The notes beneath the pieces were generated by a model, which worked only from the letters and a program-made list of their open reading frames with translations, had not been told where the DNA came from and ran no database searches. A stretch of DNA of 64,000 bases, from the NCBI RefSeq assembly GCF_009914755.1, contig NC_060929.1; one strand, written 5' to 3'. Shown here in pieces: positions 16,001 to 32,448 of the stretch. Source of the DNA: the human T2T-CHM13v2.0 reference genome, Homo sapiens. The position numbers and the translations under genes are program-made. Position 1 is the stretch's first letter, and each line of letters begins with the position of its first letter.

Positions 16001-17199
16001 GGGTCCATCCCACACTCCTGCAGTTCCTCTCCCCTTGCTGCTTCCCTTTATCAGGCTTTATCAGCCCAGCTCCCAACTCTGCCAGGCCAGGCCCTGATGT
16101 CTGGGGGATTAACCTCTCTGACAGCTCAGGACCACAGCTTCTGTTTATAACACTAGGTCTTTGGCTATGGGAGCCTGGGAAGTGTTGCACATTCCTGTGG
16201 ACAGTGGGGAGTCATTCATAGGATTCTCCTTGATTCTCAGAGTCACTCCCCTGGAGGTGAGCAGATGGCTCAGAGGGACCCCCCTTCCCTTCCTCATTTC
16301 CACAGAGCAGGATCCAGCCTATCTGAAGATTTGGAGGAGAAGGTGGCTGTGAGTTTGATTAGCCACTAAAAACTGCCTCCAAGAGAGTGAGTCCCAAGGC
16401 ACCCAGGGTCACATGAGAAAGGTCTCTGTTTCTGGGGAAGTTTCAGTGCCCTGCGTCTGAGAGTGGTCCTCAGGACACAGCTGGCCCAAGGCAAGGCCCA
16501 GCCTAAAGGGAAGGCGGGCCCATCTGGATCTGCTCCTCTTCCAGGGCTTTTCCAGGTCAGAGCTCTACCAAACTCCATGTGCTATTTCTTGGCCTTATTT
16601 CTCTTTCAGTCCCTCAGACGCTTCCCTCCATTGCCCCTGGTTCTCCATTGTTTCCTTCCACTCCCAGCAGCCCTCAATCTCGTGATAAAGAGAAGGCAAA
16701 AGAACCTTTGCTTATACTGTTATACTTTCACAGACACGCAATTTCATTAAATTTTCACAATATTCCTTTATGTCAGATGGGTTAAGGATTAGTCTCCCTA
16801 TTTTAATAGGTGGGACTACAGAAGTCCGAGAAATAATGGGACTTGCTCATGCTATTAAGATATATAGGGTATTGACTGGAACTGAGAGTTTCAAACACTT
16901 TGACAAGAGCTTGTTTGTTGATCCTTTTAAAAGGATACCTTGCCAAAACTCCCTGCTCTCTCATACTGAAAGCTTTCTTACCATAAATGATTTGTTTTCC
17001 TGGCATAGCACAATTCCAAAAGAGAGAAATAGACACTAATTCAACTGCACTACCCTGCGCCAGGATCATAGAAACATTCACCTCCCATTCACAGAAATGT
17101 CTCAACTGCAATGGGCATGCAAGAATTTACATTAATAATGAATGAACAGGTATTTGCCATCAGTCTCATCAATGCCTTGTATTTTATATATATTAAAAT

Positions 17200-17760
17200 A
17201 TTTAATTATATCAGCTTTACATTCTGGCACAGTAATCTCAGTTCTAAGAATTTCTTTTAAGGCAAGAGAGACAAACATAAAGATTTATACACAAGGCTGT
17301 TCAACATAGCATTATTTATAATATATGAAATATTTGGAAGCAACTTATAAATGGCCTACACTTGGGAATTTGTTAAATAAATTTTGGTGCCTTCCAGTGA
17401 TGGAACATCAGCCATTAAAAATGAGATTGCTGAAGAACGACTAATGATATAGATAAATGGTCACTATACAATAGTAGGTAAGAAAAGCAGTATATAAAAT
17501 TACATGAACATTAAGATCAAGTAAGGAGAAAAAATATATGCATGGAAAAATGACTTGTAAGGAAAATTTCCGAGACTTTATTGTTCCAATTTTAGTATAT
17601 GTGCTGCCAAAGCGAGCATAATTTCCAAGATTTTATAAGATGTACTTCAGAATGGAGAGGTTGCAAATAATTCTTCCTTTTTTCACATATTTCTGGGTTT
17701 TTCATATTCCTACAATGAGCATTTATTAACTTTTAAAATAAGAAAACATAACAAATGCTA
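17200..17760 (+). mobile_element. L1ME-type 3' relic
   Basis: ACAAGGCTGTTCAACATAGCATTATTTATAATA...TTGGAAGCAAC...GCCATTAAAAATGA. Confidence 0.7.
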
Positions 17761-18100
17761 ATTTTTGTTAAATTCCTTTTTATTTCTCACAACAGCCACT
17801 GTCAGTATTTAGGTCAGGGGAAGTTAGCCCATTTTATAGATGGCACAATAAGCACAGAGAAGCTAAGTGACCGCTAAGGTCACAAAGTGATTTAGGATCA
17901 ACGTAAGAATCAGGGCCCAAGTGTCCTCAGTCCCATTCTAACACCCCTTTTGCTTTGTGATATGGCCTCCACAGATGACTGCTTTTCTATTCCTTATTCA
18001 TGGTTTACTTTCAGCCCAGATACTTGCATAGCATACCATACTCATGCATATGTTCTTCAACCTTGTCTTCCAGGGTGTGCCCATGCAGATACTGACCTCA

Positions 18101-18529
<429 letters not shown>

Positions 18530-18634
18530 CTAGCACAGCTGGCTTCTGACTTCCTGGGGAAGCCCAACCTTTGCTGCCCCTCCCGAAACAGGAACAGCAC
18601 CTCCTCTCCTCAGAACCCAAGTCAAACTTCCTAA

Positions 18635-18800
18635 GGCAGTGATTCAGAACCGTTTGGGGTTATTTAACTTCTGAGAATCTGATGAAAGCTATAGACCTTC
18701 CCCATAAAAATGCATGCAGGCTTACATCCACGTATCCCTGTTCATAATTCAAAGAGGTTTACGGACCTTTTGAAGCTAACCATAGGTCCCAGGCTTCCCA
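18635..18800. mobile_element. hAT/Charlie-class DNA transposon relic (subfamily uncertain)
   Basis: GAGAATCTGATGAAAGCTATAGACCTTCCCC-ATAAAAATGCA resembles a recalled hAT MITE consensus. Confidence 0.5.
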
Positions 18801-19741
18801 ATCTCAGGGGACAGCTTGCCCAAGCAGTGTGAAAGCCAAGCCCCCTCTCCTCGAGCTCTATCCAGAGTTGCTTCTTCCCTTGCCCTTTCAGCTTACACCT
18901 TTCGCTTCATTGAGCCCTAATCAGCTCCTCTCTGAGAGGTGACTCAGGGCAATTATCCACACTCCCCCCAACTCCCAATGACCCACTGGGAGGAGAGGGG
19001 AAGTGACTTTCACAGAGTCATACAGTGAGTCAGTGTGCAAGCCAAGACTAGATAGAATGTGGCATGTGGGGCTCCCAGGGCTATATTTAGGCCACTGGGA
19101 AGAGCTGCTTCTCACAGCAGGGTCTGGACATAGGCAGGCTATAAACATAGTCACATGTTTACCCCAGCTCCAGGATTAGCAGAATGAACACAGAATCTGG
19201 AGCTTCGTCACTCCAAGCAATCCCTTCTTGCATCTCCAAAATGCTCAGGAGAAACTCCATCTTCATACTGCACAAGAAGAAACTGAGGTAATGGGAAGGA
19301 ATGAAAAATTCTGAATTTCTGGCGTTAGCCTAACATTTGTCCTTAGGTCCACTGCAAACACAGGCAAAACTTCAGCCTGTCTATGTGTCAGGCGTGGCCC
19401 CTGGGATATCCTCCCACACCCCAGGACCTTGCACTAGAGGAAAGGGGCTTTGGCGTAGGTCAGTCAATGATATAAATTGGTGATCAGACTTCTCTTATAA
19501 AGCACACATACACACAGTCTTTAAGATATAACTGTGACACAACTGGAGACCCTTACTCAAGACCGGAGAGAAAGAAGCAAAAAGAACCTAGACATAAATG
19601 AGAACTATTTTTTAGATGAGCAGGGAGAAATCCGGCAAGTCATATTAATTGGTAACAATAACTCCTACCCACCCTTACTGACCATCTCAACTGCACACCT
19701 AAAAGGGCCCCTGGGAATATTTCTGGAGTAAACCAACCTCT

Positions 19742-19956
19742 GCAGTGATGTTCTGTAAAACATTCTGTATGATGGAAATGTTCCATATCTGGGTTGTCCA
19801 ATATGGTAGCCACTAGCACATGTGGCTCTTGAGCACTTGAAATGTGATTAGTGGAACTGGAGAATGGAATTTTTCCATCTTATTTATTTTGACTAATTTA
19901 AATTCCAATTTAAATTGCTTCCTGTGGCTAGTGGCTACTGTATTGGACAGCACAGC
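19742..19956. mobile_element. MER3 hAT MITE
   Basis: TGTCCAATATGGTAGCCACTAGC at 19795 and its inverted copy GCTAGTGGCTACTGTATTGGACAGCACAG at the end. Confidence 0.9.
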
Positions 19957-20190
19957 TTTAGAGGCTCTGAGGGGACATAAACTTCGGTAATTAATTAATT
20001 CTTTTATATGCTTGCTTAACCTTTCCAAATTGACTCAGAAAAAAATCCCAGGTTTGTTAGAAATCCCCAAAGGCTCTTTAGGGGTTGGAGGCAGCCAGAG
20101 TCTGAGTGGAAGACTCTGGTAAGGAAAAAAGGGAAGAGATCTCTTTGATCCATATGCTAAGGAGCCTTTCCTAGGAAAAAGAATATTATG

Positions 20191-20509
<319 letters not shown>

Positions 20510-20874
20510 TCACATCCTGACTCATGCTCCAGGAAAGGACCCAAGGCAGGGGTCCAGTGCTCTAAGGATGCCCACTGCAGGAAGCAGGGAAGTAAATGCT
20601 CTAACTGGGACGATCCCAGCCAGAGACTGCTGAGTAACCACACATCTGTCCAGGAGAAATTCACTAGACAGATCTACCTATCTTCCACTGCCAATGAGAC
20701 TGTCCCTGAATACAGAGCTTTGAATGTAGAAAAGGACAGGTGGATGTTGCCTCATACCAGTGGGAGCTAAAGTGGTGCCATCTTTCATTTCAGGAAGCTA
20801 ACTTGGTAATATGTATCAAAAGCCTTATTAAATGCACATATCCTTTGATATAAGAATTTCATTTCTGCAGGTTG

Positions 20875-21175
<301 letters not shown>

Positions 21176-21199
21176 TCTGCAGGTTGATTTTCAGAAACT

Positions 21200-22075
21200 A
21201 ATTCAAGATACATATCTATTAGAATGGCCAAAGTCCAGAACATGACAACACCAAATGCTGGTGAGGATGTGGAGCAACAGGAATTCTGGTTCATTGCTGG
21301 TGGGAATGCAAAAGGGCACAGCCACTTTGGAAGATAGTTTGACAGTTTCTTACAAAACTAAACATACTCTTACCATATAATCCAGCAATTGAGCTCTCTG
21401 GTATTTACCCAAAGGAGTTGAAAACTTACGTCCATACAAAAACATGCACACAGATGTTCATATCATCTTCTATAATTGCCAAAACTTGAAAGCAACCGAG
21501 TTGGCCTTCATTAGAGGAATGAATAAACTGTGGTAAACCAGTAAATGAAATATTCAGTGCTAAAAAGAAAAAAGCTATCAAGCCATGAAAAGATCTGGAG
21601 GAACCTTAAATCCATATTGCTAAAGGAAAGAAGCCAATTGAAAAGGTTACGTATTATATGATTCCAACTGTATCACATTCTGGAAAAGGCAAAACTATGG
21701 AGAGAGTAAAAGGATCAGTAGTTGCCAGAGGTTGGGGCAAGGGAAGGATGAATAGATGGAGCACAGAGGATTTTCAGGGCAGTGAAAATACTATATGATA
21801 CTATAGCGAATGTATGTCCTTATACACATGTCCAAACCCATAGAATGTACACCACCAAGAGTGAACCCTAATGTAAGGTATAGACTTTGGGTGATAATGA
21901 TGTGTCAATGTAGGTTTATCTGTTGTAATGTATGTACCACTCTCGTGGGGGATATTGTAATTGGGAGCCTGAACATGTATGAGGGCAGAGGCCATATGGG
22001 AAATCTCTGTACCTTCCTTTCAATTTGACTGTGAGCCTAACACTGCTCTAAAACAAACAGTCTTAAATATAATAA
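21200..22075 (+). mobile_element. L1MC1-like 3' end
   Basis: GACAACACCAAATGCTGGTGAGGATGTGGAG...TCCAAACCCATAGAATGTACACCACCAAGAGTGAACCCTAATG. Confidence 0.9.
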
Positions 22076-22705
22076 AATTGGCCCCGGTCTCACACCATAA
22101 AAAAGAAAGACATTAATTGAATTTGTTTGAAGATTAAGGTACAAGGATGTTCATTTTAGACCTTTACTGGAGCAAAAAATATTGTAAACAACTTAGATGT
22201 ACCATAAGAGCAGACTGTTAAATTATGGAAGATTTGTACAATAGAATATTCCTTGCCTCCCACATCTAAGTCATCAGAGCAAGTTCTCCATTATCTCCGG
22301 AATAGATTCTGATTCTGTTCATTACTCTCCATCTCAATGGCCACCACTGGAGAACAATGCCTCACCCTCCTTCATCTGGATACTAAACATCTTCCTAACT
22401 GGTCATCCTGCTCCAGCTTCTACTCCTTTGATCCATTCTTCACATAGCAGTCAGAGCTGTCTACTTTGCTGCCTGGCTAGCTAGCTAACCATTTGTTTAA
22501 AGTATTAAAAGCACCCATAAACCTACCACATTTGGCCCCTACCCATGCCATGTCCTAACACCTCCCATGCCAGGCAGCCATCAACCTGAATCCTCACTCC
22601 CTTGCTTTCCTTTTTATATAGTGTTATTGCATCTATAAGAGTTCCTAAATACACATATTTTTAAAGTTTTTAATTTAATAAAAAATATCCCGTGGCACGC
22701 AATAA

Positions 22706-23190
<485 letters not shown>

Positions 23191-23377
23191 TTATTATTAT
23201 TATTTTATTATTATGAATGCTGTTATGAACATTGTGATCCATGTCTCTTATTGTGTATGTGCAAGAATTTCTGTTGGATATATATCTAGGCATGTAATTT
23301 CTGCATTTTGTGGTATGTAAATGTCAAACTTTAATTGTTTGCCAAACTGTTCACCAGTTTACATTCCCACTAGCAAT

Positions 23378-23802
<425 letters not shown>

Positions 23803-24096
23803 TAAAAGTTATTGAATTGTATTCTTAATTTGCATCTCCCTGATCACTAATGATGTTAAACATCTCTCCATGTTTTTATTGATCTTAAGTGTTTCCTATT
23901 CTATGAAATGCTTGTTATTTGCCCATTTTTTAAAAACTGGGTTGTTTGTGCTTTTCTTATTAATTTGTAAGAGTTGTTTTTTGCGTATCCTTAACACTAA
24001 TCCTTTGCTGGTTTTGTGTGTTGCAAAGACCTTTTTCCAGTCTGTAAATTGTCTTTTCACTTTCTTTAAGCGGTCTTTTGGTATATAATAATTCTC

Positions 24097-24391
24097 AGCA
24101 GGGCGCGGTGGCTCATGCCTGTAATCCCAGCACTTTGAGAGGCCAAGGCAGGTGGATCACGAGGTCAGGAGTTCAAGACCAACCTGGCCAAGATGGTGAA
24201 ACCCCATCTCTACTAGAAATACAAAAATTAACCTGGCATGGTGTGGGGGGGTGCCTGTAATCCCAGCTACTCAGGAGGCTGAGGCAGAGAATCGCTTGAA
24301 TCCCGGAGGCAGAGGTTTCAGTGAGCCAAGATCGCACCACTGCACTCCAGCCTGGGCGACAGAACAAGACTCCATCTCAAAAAAAAACAAA
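24097..24391 (+). mobile_element. AluS (Sg-like)
   Basis: GGATCACGAGGTCAGGAGTTCAAG; TSD AATTCTCA. Confidence 0.96.
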
Positions 24392-24554
24392 ATTCTCAAT
24401 ATTAATATGGTCAAATGTATCCGTTTTTCTTTTGCAGTCAATATTTTTGTGTCTTGTTTAAAAATATTTCCCTACTCAATTTATGAAAGACAATCACCTA
24501 TATTTTCTACTAAGAATTTTTAAGTTATGGGGTGTTTTTTACATTTCATATTAT

Positions 24555-24799
24555 TATTATTATTAATATAACTATTATCTGAGACAAAGTTTCACTCGGT
24601 CGCCCAGGCTGGAGTGCAGTGGCACCATCTCAGCTCACTGAGTGTGCACCACCCAGCCTGGCTGATTTTTGTATTTTTTAGTAGAGAAGAGGTTTCACCA
24701 TTTTGGCCAGGCTAGTCTCAAACTCCTGACCTCTGGTGATCTGCCCACCTCAGCCTCCCAAAGTGCTGGGATTACAGGCGTGAGCCACTGGGCTGACCT
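24555..24799 (-). mobile_element. AluS with about 70-nt internal right-arm deletion
   Basis: CTCACTG joins directly to AGTGTGCACCACC; flanks ACATTTC. Confidence 0.92.
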
Positions 24800-26289
24800 A
24801 CATTTCCATTCTTAAACCATCTGGAGTTGACTTTTTGTATAGGGTATGAGCAGGGTTCCAGTTTCGCTTTTTTGCATATGAATTTTTTTCCAGTTCCAAG
24901 TACTATGTCATTCTTTATTTCCCTACTGATTTGACATTCTACTTCTATCATTTACAGAAGTTCCATATCTATGTGAGGCAGTTTCTGAGCTTTCTAATAT
25001 ATTTTATTGGTCAGTTTGTTTTTCCTTGTGCCAAAACCACATTGTCTCAATTACTATAAGTTCATAATAAGTCCTGATATTTGGTGAGGCAAATCTTCTC
25101 TCCCTACTTTTCTTTTTTCAGTATTTTAAATCCTTACCAGGTAACATAAAAAACGCTGTAGGTCAAATAGGGTAGAATTGGAGAATTGTCATCTTTATGA
25201 TATTAAATTATCCTATCTATGAAAGTGTTATCTCCCTTAATTTATTAAGTACTCCCTTAATATCTCTTAATGAAATTGCACATTTTTAAAGTAGAAGGCA
25301 TGTAACGTTTGTTAGATTTATTTTTAAGTATTTTATTTTCTCTGGTACTATTTTAAATGCGTCTGCTCTTTAATTATGTGTTTTAGTTTGCTGTTGGTAT
25401 ATAGAATGTAAATTACTTTTACATATTCATCTTATATCAAGCTAACTGACTAAATTCTCCTATTACTGCTAATAGTTTATCTATGTATTGTTTTGAGTTT
25501 TTTATGCAAATAATGACAAATAATGCCAAAATGACCATTTAATTTCCTCCCTTCTCATTCTTTTGTCTCTCATTTCTTTTTCTTGTCTTTTTGCACTGAT
25601 GATAGGGGGACCTTTGTTTCATTCCTTGTTTTAAAGTGACTGCTTCTAACACTAACACGTCCTTATGTAGAAAGATGTTTGCTCTAGTGTTTTTATAGTT
25701 GGTTAGAAGTTCCCCTTCATTTCATTTATCATGAATAATTGTCGATTAGAAAAAACCTTTTTCATAGCTAAAATAACAAAAATAAAGAAAACAGCCTAAA
25801 AATAGAACTTAATTATTCTAAGCCAAACACCTTTGTACCACTACCCATGAAAGGAGACAAATCAACCATCCCAAAAGCCTCACGTGTGTCCCTTCCCAGC
25901 TATGAGCCCCTCCTTCCTTCTGCCCAAGAGTAACTGCTCTGTTGACTTTTTGGTAATCACCTCCTTACTGTTTTCTCATAGTTCGCTCACCCAGCCATGA
26001 ATCTTAAACACCATGGTTTGGTTTTGCCTAATTTTTAGTATGTCTTTTGGGTCTCTTTCGATCTATATAGGTTGTTCCTCCATCTTTTTTTTTTTCTTCT
26101 TGCAATCCATTTGGTAAAGACACCAGATTATTTGTTGTGTGGTGTTTTCCTCTGTTGTGTGTTGATTTTTATCCAAGGTTTCTTTGAATATAATGTGATG
26201 ATTGCATTTGTGTGTGGTGTGTGTGTGGTGGGGAGGGGGAGGTTCTCTCTTTTGTTAATAATGTAAATTACCTTTAGGGAGAACAGTCC

Positions 26290-26830
26290 TCCTCAAACAA
26301 ATCAGATCATATCATTTCCCTCTAATGGCTTCTCATTGACATTAGGATAAAATCCAAAATTTTGACCATGGGCTATGAGGCCCACAAGAGCCCCACAAAA
26401 ATTCTCATCTACATCTACCTCTCTGATTTAATACCCAATTTCCCTCTTCCTCACTGCGTTTTAGCCACAGTGGCTTTCTTATGATTTCTCAAACATGCCA
26501 AGTTCATTCTTAAGCTTTGGCCATTAGCTATTCTCTCTTCCTGGAATGCTTTTTCCTAATCTTTACATGGGAGCTCGCTAGTATCGTTAAAGCCTCAACT
26601 CAAAATTTCCTTCCTCAAAAGACCTTTATGGACCATCCAATCTAAAATAGTCTCACATCATTGTTTTAATAACCCTTATCAGTATCTGGAATTATCCTGT
26701 CCACTTATTTGTTTGATTTTCATCTTGCTCCAGCCCATAGTGTAAGCTTCATGCAAGTCTTGTTCATTGCTTTATTTGTAATCCCTAAATTAGTTCCTGG
26801 GACAGCATAGGTCCTCAATAAAGATTTGTT
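26290..26830 (+). mobile_element. L2 3' fragment
   Basis: ATGGCTTCTCATTGACATTAGGATAAAATCCAAA...CCTGGAATGCT...CATAGGTCCTCAATAAAGATTTGTT. Confidence 0.8.
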
Positions 26831-27596
26831 ATATCAAAATTATATTACAGGAAATTATTTATGGACAGGCAAAGATATTCAAACTATGTTACGCTGATAA
26901 AAGGAGTATGTATCAGTGATATGATTTTATTTTTGTTAAAAAATACACAAAATGTGTGTGTGTCTGAATCCATATAGTCAAATATATGAAAGGACGCAAG
27001 CCAAAGGTTCACAGCAGTCATCACTATTACTGGTATTTATGTTATTTTGCTTGTCTGTCTTTTCTGTCTTTTTACTTCTTTGACAGGCACATATTGTGTT
27101 TACTATATAAAAAAGTAATCTTATTATAATGAAAGAACAATTTCTTTCTTTTTTAAAAATGTATGATTTATTTGAGAGAACACAGACTCCCCAAATAGCC
27201 CAGGAACTCATTTACATTAGCATGTGTAATTATCAAACAACACATAGTAAGTATATGCCCATTTCTATCCTGGGTGTCATAAGAACGATACCTGCATTTA
27301 TTTAGTCACTTTATTCTGCTTTGTTCCAAAAAAAAGAAATTGTTGTGGCTCATAAGAAGTTTGTTCTCATTTCATCTATTTAGGGACATGAGACACATGA
27401 ATACAAGAGCAAACTCTTATTTGAGAACAATTGCAAACTCTTCACATTTGGTAGCTGTGTCTTATTCAGCTTTGTATTCCTCTAGAATCTACCAGTGGCT
27501 TACCTGGAACACTGGTGCTTAGTGAAGGCTAGTGGAATTAAACAGTTCAGCATATGTGATATCACAGCATGGTTCTGGATAAAATGCCAACTAAAG

Positions 27597-27766
27597 TGAA
27601 ATAGGGAGTTGTTGTTTAACGGGTATAGAGTTTCAGTTTTACAAGATAAAAAAGTTCTGAAGATCTGTTACACAACAATATAAACACATAATACTACTGA
27701 ATTGTATACTTAGAAATAGTTAAGATGGCAAATTTTGTGTTGTGTTCTTCACTATCACTTTTTTTA
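27597..27766 (+). mobile_element. Short L1MA/MB 3' end inserted in an antisense L2
   Basis: GGGTATAGAGTTTCAGTTTTACAAGATAAAAAAGTTCTG; degenerate TSD AATGCCAACTAAAG / AATGCCAAATGAAG. Confidence 0.85.
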
Positions 27767-28835
27767 ATGCCAAATGAAGTGGTATAGACTTGTATAGAAG
27801 ATAGTGCTAAAAGAGTTGAGCTCAAGAGAAATCACTGTGCACTCAAGAGGTCTGGGTAGACTTCAAGAGGAAGGACTGAGCTGGCCTAGGAAAGAAGAGT
27901 AGAATTGGGTTCCACAAAAGGAAGGAGGGTGATTCAGAGAGGGGTATGCAGAAGCCAGCCTGTAAATGTATTTGGGGCCAATGAAAGGATGGATTGGCTC
28001 TGATGAACTACAAGGGTTTTAAGAAGATGAGGAGATGGAAGGAGGTTGTGAAGGGAGGTTGGGTCAAAATGTGAAAGGCCTTGGAGGCCAGGCTGAGGAG
28101 TCTGAACTTCAGCCTAGAGGCAATGAGGAGAGATAAAAGGTTTTAGATTTGGGAAATGTGTGATAAAAGGGGTACTTTTAAAACATACTAATTAGCATTC
28201 GAATTGTAATATAGTACTGCTGAAAGAGAAGGAAAAGGAAGCACCCAAACCTTCTAAAGTGACATTCAGATGACAGCTATTGCTGAGACAGACAGAGTCT
28301 AGACCAAATAGGTCATCTGAATAAGCTTTTCAGGGAACAGAGACCCTGCCCCCCATCACTAACGCAAGAAGATGAATTCTATCACTCTTGTCTCATAACC
28401 TTTTCCCAGAGAGGCTCAGAATGGCAAAAGCACCTTTTTCTTCCTGGCACTCTAATTAGATAGACAGTGGGCAGCAGTGATTTCCTGACTAAAATGCAAA
28501 GTATGAAGAAAGTGGATTTAAAAAAAAATAGAGCCGCCACAGACGCAGACGGGCAGTTCAGCCCCAGATGCTGCATGCCTGAGAAATATGCAGGTTCCCA
28601 CAACTAGAAGGAAGAAGCACTTAGAGGCTTCCTCCCAGGCATTGCTCTTTAGACCAGGAGCGGGCAGGCTCCCCAGTACCTCCTGTCTCAAGCAAGCCAA
28701 CTTGTCTTCAGAAACTGAGGACCAGAGTGAGCTGTGGGCAATATTCCCCACAAAATAAGGGACATGTGACTCCACTGGACCTGTCCACCTACAGGTATTA
28801 TGGGGCATTCCAACTCTCTTATTGAAAAAAAGGAG

Positions 28836-29145
28836 GGCTGGGCATGGTGGCTTACACCTGTAAGCCCAGTGCTTCGGGAGGCTGAGGAGGGAGGATCTAC
28901 AGAGGCCAAGAGTTCAAGACCAACCTGGGCAATAGAGCAAGACTCTATTTCTACAAAATAAAAATAAAAATTAGCCATGCATGGTGGCATGTGCTTGTAG
29001 TCCTAGGTACTCAGGAGGCTGAAATAGGAGAATGGCTTGAGCCGAGAAATTTGAGGCTACCATGAGCTATGATCACACAACTGCACTCCAGCCTGGGTGA
29101 CAGAGAAAGACCCTGTCTCTAAAAAAAGAAAAAAGAAAGAAAAGA
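28836..29145 (+). mobile_element. AluJ
   Basis: Full dimer with J-type GAGGCCAAGAGTT and GAGCTATGATC; GA-rich tail. Confidence 0.95.
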
Positions 29146-29955
29146 AGGGAAAACATCAGAAAGTTATTTATTTATTTCATCCTCAAATGAATAAGCACAG
29201 AAGGTTATTTTATTTACAAGTTAATGCACATGTAGCAAAAATCAGAAAATGAGTAAGCAAAAAGATTTTAAGAAGCCATGTTTTGTTTGTTACTGTTAAC
29301 AAATATAAATGGACTCATACTGTACATAGTACTTTGGAACCTGATTTTTTTCAATGAACAACCTATTGTGAATATTCTTTGATGTCAATAAATAAACTTC
29401 TGCAAAAATGATGTATGATGGCTACAAAATATTCCACAACATGGGGAATACGGGAGACCACAGTCTAGTTAACCGATGCCTCATCACTGGATACTTAAGT
29501 TGTTTCCAATCTTTGGCTATTATGAACAATACTATAATGAACATCTAGGAACAAAATAACCTTGTCCCCAGGATCCTTAAATTGTTGTCATTGTTGAATG
29601 TGCAATAAAGTCTTACCACAAAGAGAGATACCCATAAACCTGTTGTAAAGAAAACACGTATCTTCAGGGACCTGACTGAAATCTCATTTCTTCCAAGAAG
29701 GCTTCTCTTAACCAGATCCATCCAAAGTGCTTTCTCTCTCTCTCCCAAGTACTCTGATGCCCTGCTTAGCAGGCCTGCCCTTCACACCTGTCTAGTGTGG
29801 TCTTTGCCACATATGCCGCTTGTCTCTCCAAGTATACCGTAAGACCCTTGAAGGCAGAGATCCCATCAATTACCTCTTTTAGTCCCAAAATGATGGCACA
29901 TGTAATTAGCTCTCAAATATTTGTTAAATTATTTCATTTAAAAGATTGAGGGGGT

Positions 29956-30290
29956 GGCCAGACGTGGTGGCTCACGCCTATAATCCCAGCACTCTGGGAA
30001 GCCGATGGGGGTGGGGGGCAGATTGCTTGAGTCCAGGAGTTCAAGACCAGCCTGGGCAACACAGTGAAACCCTGTCTCTACTAAAAATACAAAAAATTAG
30101 CAGGGCATGGTGGCACATGCCTGTAGTCCCAGCTACTCAGGAGGCTGAGGTGGGGGGATCACCTGAGCTTGGGAGGTCGAGGCCGTGGTGAGCCAAGATC
30201 GCACCACTGCACACCAGCCTGGGCAACCAGAATGAGATCCTGTGTCACCACAAAATAAATAAATAAAAAATGGAAATAAAAATAAAAGAA
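29956..30290 (+). mobile_element. AluJ with G-run expansion in left arm
   Basis: GCCGATGGGGGTGGGGGGCAGATTG; TSD AAAGATTGAGGGG / AAAGCTTGAGGGG. Confidence 0.95.
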
Positions 30291-32059
30291 AAGCTTGAGG
30301 GGAACATGGAGGAGAACTCCTCCAATTTTAATTAAGATTTATGGGTAGTCACTGGGAATGAGGAACTAGAAAAAAACCCACCCTTCCTTTACCCACCCAG
30401 AGGCACTACTAAAGCTCAGCACTCTGCCTTTGACCCAGACTCATCTCTTTGGCCCTAAACAATCAAAATTCTGACTATAACTCAAAGAGCAGCAGAAATA
30501 ACTGGAATAATCTTACGAAGACCATTTGATACATGGACTGCCAGTGCTGGCTCTAAGGGGTTAACTAGTAAGCTGCCTTTATCTTCAAACAGTACTTTAC
30601 ATGCTCTTTAGTGAAAGAGGGAAGAGCAAAGGTCAACAATACAGGTCTGCCCCCAAAGGTTAAGGGAAGACACCACTGTCTAATCCTAGACTGAGGACAG
30701 ACATGGCAGAGCTGACTCTGCTGTATGGGGCATCATCTGGCAAATAGCAGAAATAGATAGAAACCAGCCCCCAGGGCCAAGGGCTCAGGAGTCAGTGAGG
30801 ACACCCTCACTCAGCCCTCAATGGGCCCTAGAATGAAGCAAATTCCTGAGAACAGCCAGCATGTGAATCCTGCTTATCAAGAAGGTAGAACTTCCAAGCC
30901 TGCTGCCTACAAGCTGAGGTCTATCACAGATGGACATGGTTCCCCTCTCCATGGAGCCTGGAACTAAGAGAGGGCCATGGGCCGGGTTTCCCGCTGGGGA
31001 GGAGCCAGCTGCCCTGAGGATTGCCCCTCTAGGTAAATTAGGAAGCTTTTGTTAAACACTTGCTCTGGCTAGACCTGGGCTCAGAGGAGTGGGGTACGTG
31101 GGGCCTGGGTCCTCCCTTCACAGAGTTATAATCTGGCTAGGAGTCCAAAGTGAGAGATAGAACAAGGAACAAAAATACCCTGTTTCTACATTGGTGGCAA
31201 GGGGTGGGAGTGGAGGTGTGGAGTCAAAAGTCAAAGACTCTAGATTGGAAGTCAGGAGGCCTTGGTTCTAGCTCTCTCTGTTACCAGTGAAAAATGACAC
31301 CACCTTGGGTAAACCACTTAACTTCTTTGGGCCTCTAGTTTCTACTCTGGAAAGATGAAAGACCAATGCCAATACTCCCCACAGAAGAGCAGGTCAGAAT
31401 ATTGTTCTGAACAAAACCCCAGAGGGCTGGAAAAGTGCTTCTATTATGTTCAACATTTGTATATCCAGACCAACCCAAGGCCAAGAAAGTCCTGGAGGGC
31501 CGGCCACGTGACCATCTCAGGTATACTCAGGAAGCCTGTGTTCCCATCTACTGGCAATCAACCCCAGACCAAAGCCACACAAGATCTGCTCCAGTTCCAA
31601 ACTGGGACCCAATCTAGCCATGGGACTGCAGGTGAAGATAGCCTGCCTCACGCCTTCTACTGTTCTCATTCCCTCAAATTCTCCAAGTTTGGTCTCTACT
31701 AGTGATGTGGAAAGAAGTACAGAACTCTAGTCACCAAAAGTAGAGAATCTCAATGCTCAAGAGGCCCAATGCTTGCTCCTGACGAGTCTGAAAAAATTAT
31801 GAGCTTAGAATTATGAGTCAGAATGTTGTAATTGGCTAAAAACAAACAAACAAACACTATCTACCATCCAAGGCAAAGAACCATACTGTTACTTGAAATA
31901 TGGGTAAGACTAGAGAATTATAGGAATAGGGGAAGATAGGAAGAGGAGTTAAGACAAGAGAAAAAACTTGCTCAAATCAGTGAAACCAAGAAGCCTTCTA
32001 AATTTCCTAGATTATAGCAGAAGACTCTGAATCCTACATCACAAGCCCCTTGCCCCACC

Positions 32060-32448
32060 ACCTCTTTCAGCACAGCTGTCCTATGCGAGTTCAGATCCAC
32101 TTCCTGCTTGAAAGTCACACCTCAAACACACAACCCTCTAGGGACTTCACTGTCCTAAGGACGAGGCTCAGCCAGTGGGGGACAGAAGCTAGCTGGAGTT
32201 CCTCATCCTTCAAGCAGACAACTCCATGAGGCATTCTGTGTCGTTCTCCTGAAGTTCTGGTGGAATTAAGTCCCCACTGCACACAGTAGGAACCTTAATA
32301 ATACACCCTAATAACAGTTTATCCTCTATTCCTGCCTCATTCCCCTTATGCCGTTTCCTCATTCCTGCTTCTTGCAATTACCTCTCAAACTATCTGCACC
32401 CAATTCTTGTATTAGATTCTGCTTTCTGGTGAATCTGACCCAAAATAT
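32060..32448 (+). mobile_element. ERVL LTR (LTR16-like)
   Basis: GAGGCATTCTG...CCTCTCAAACTATCTGCACCCAATTCTTGTATTAGATTCTGCTTTCTGG...CCCAAAATA resembles the recalled LTR16 3' end. Confidence 0.65.

Noticed and set aside
14179-16750. Dense ORF calls in GC-richer unique sequence
   Set aside because: Expected by chance at this GC content; overlapping on both strands with no domain similarity.
28382-28620. Minus-strand acceptor CTTCTTCCTTCTAG followed by a short ORF
   Set aside because: No nearby donor and the peptide is unrecognisable.
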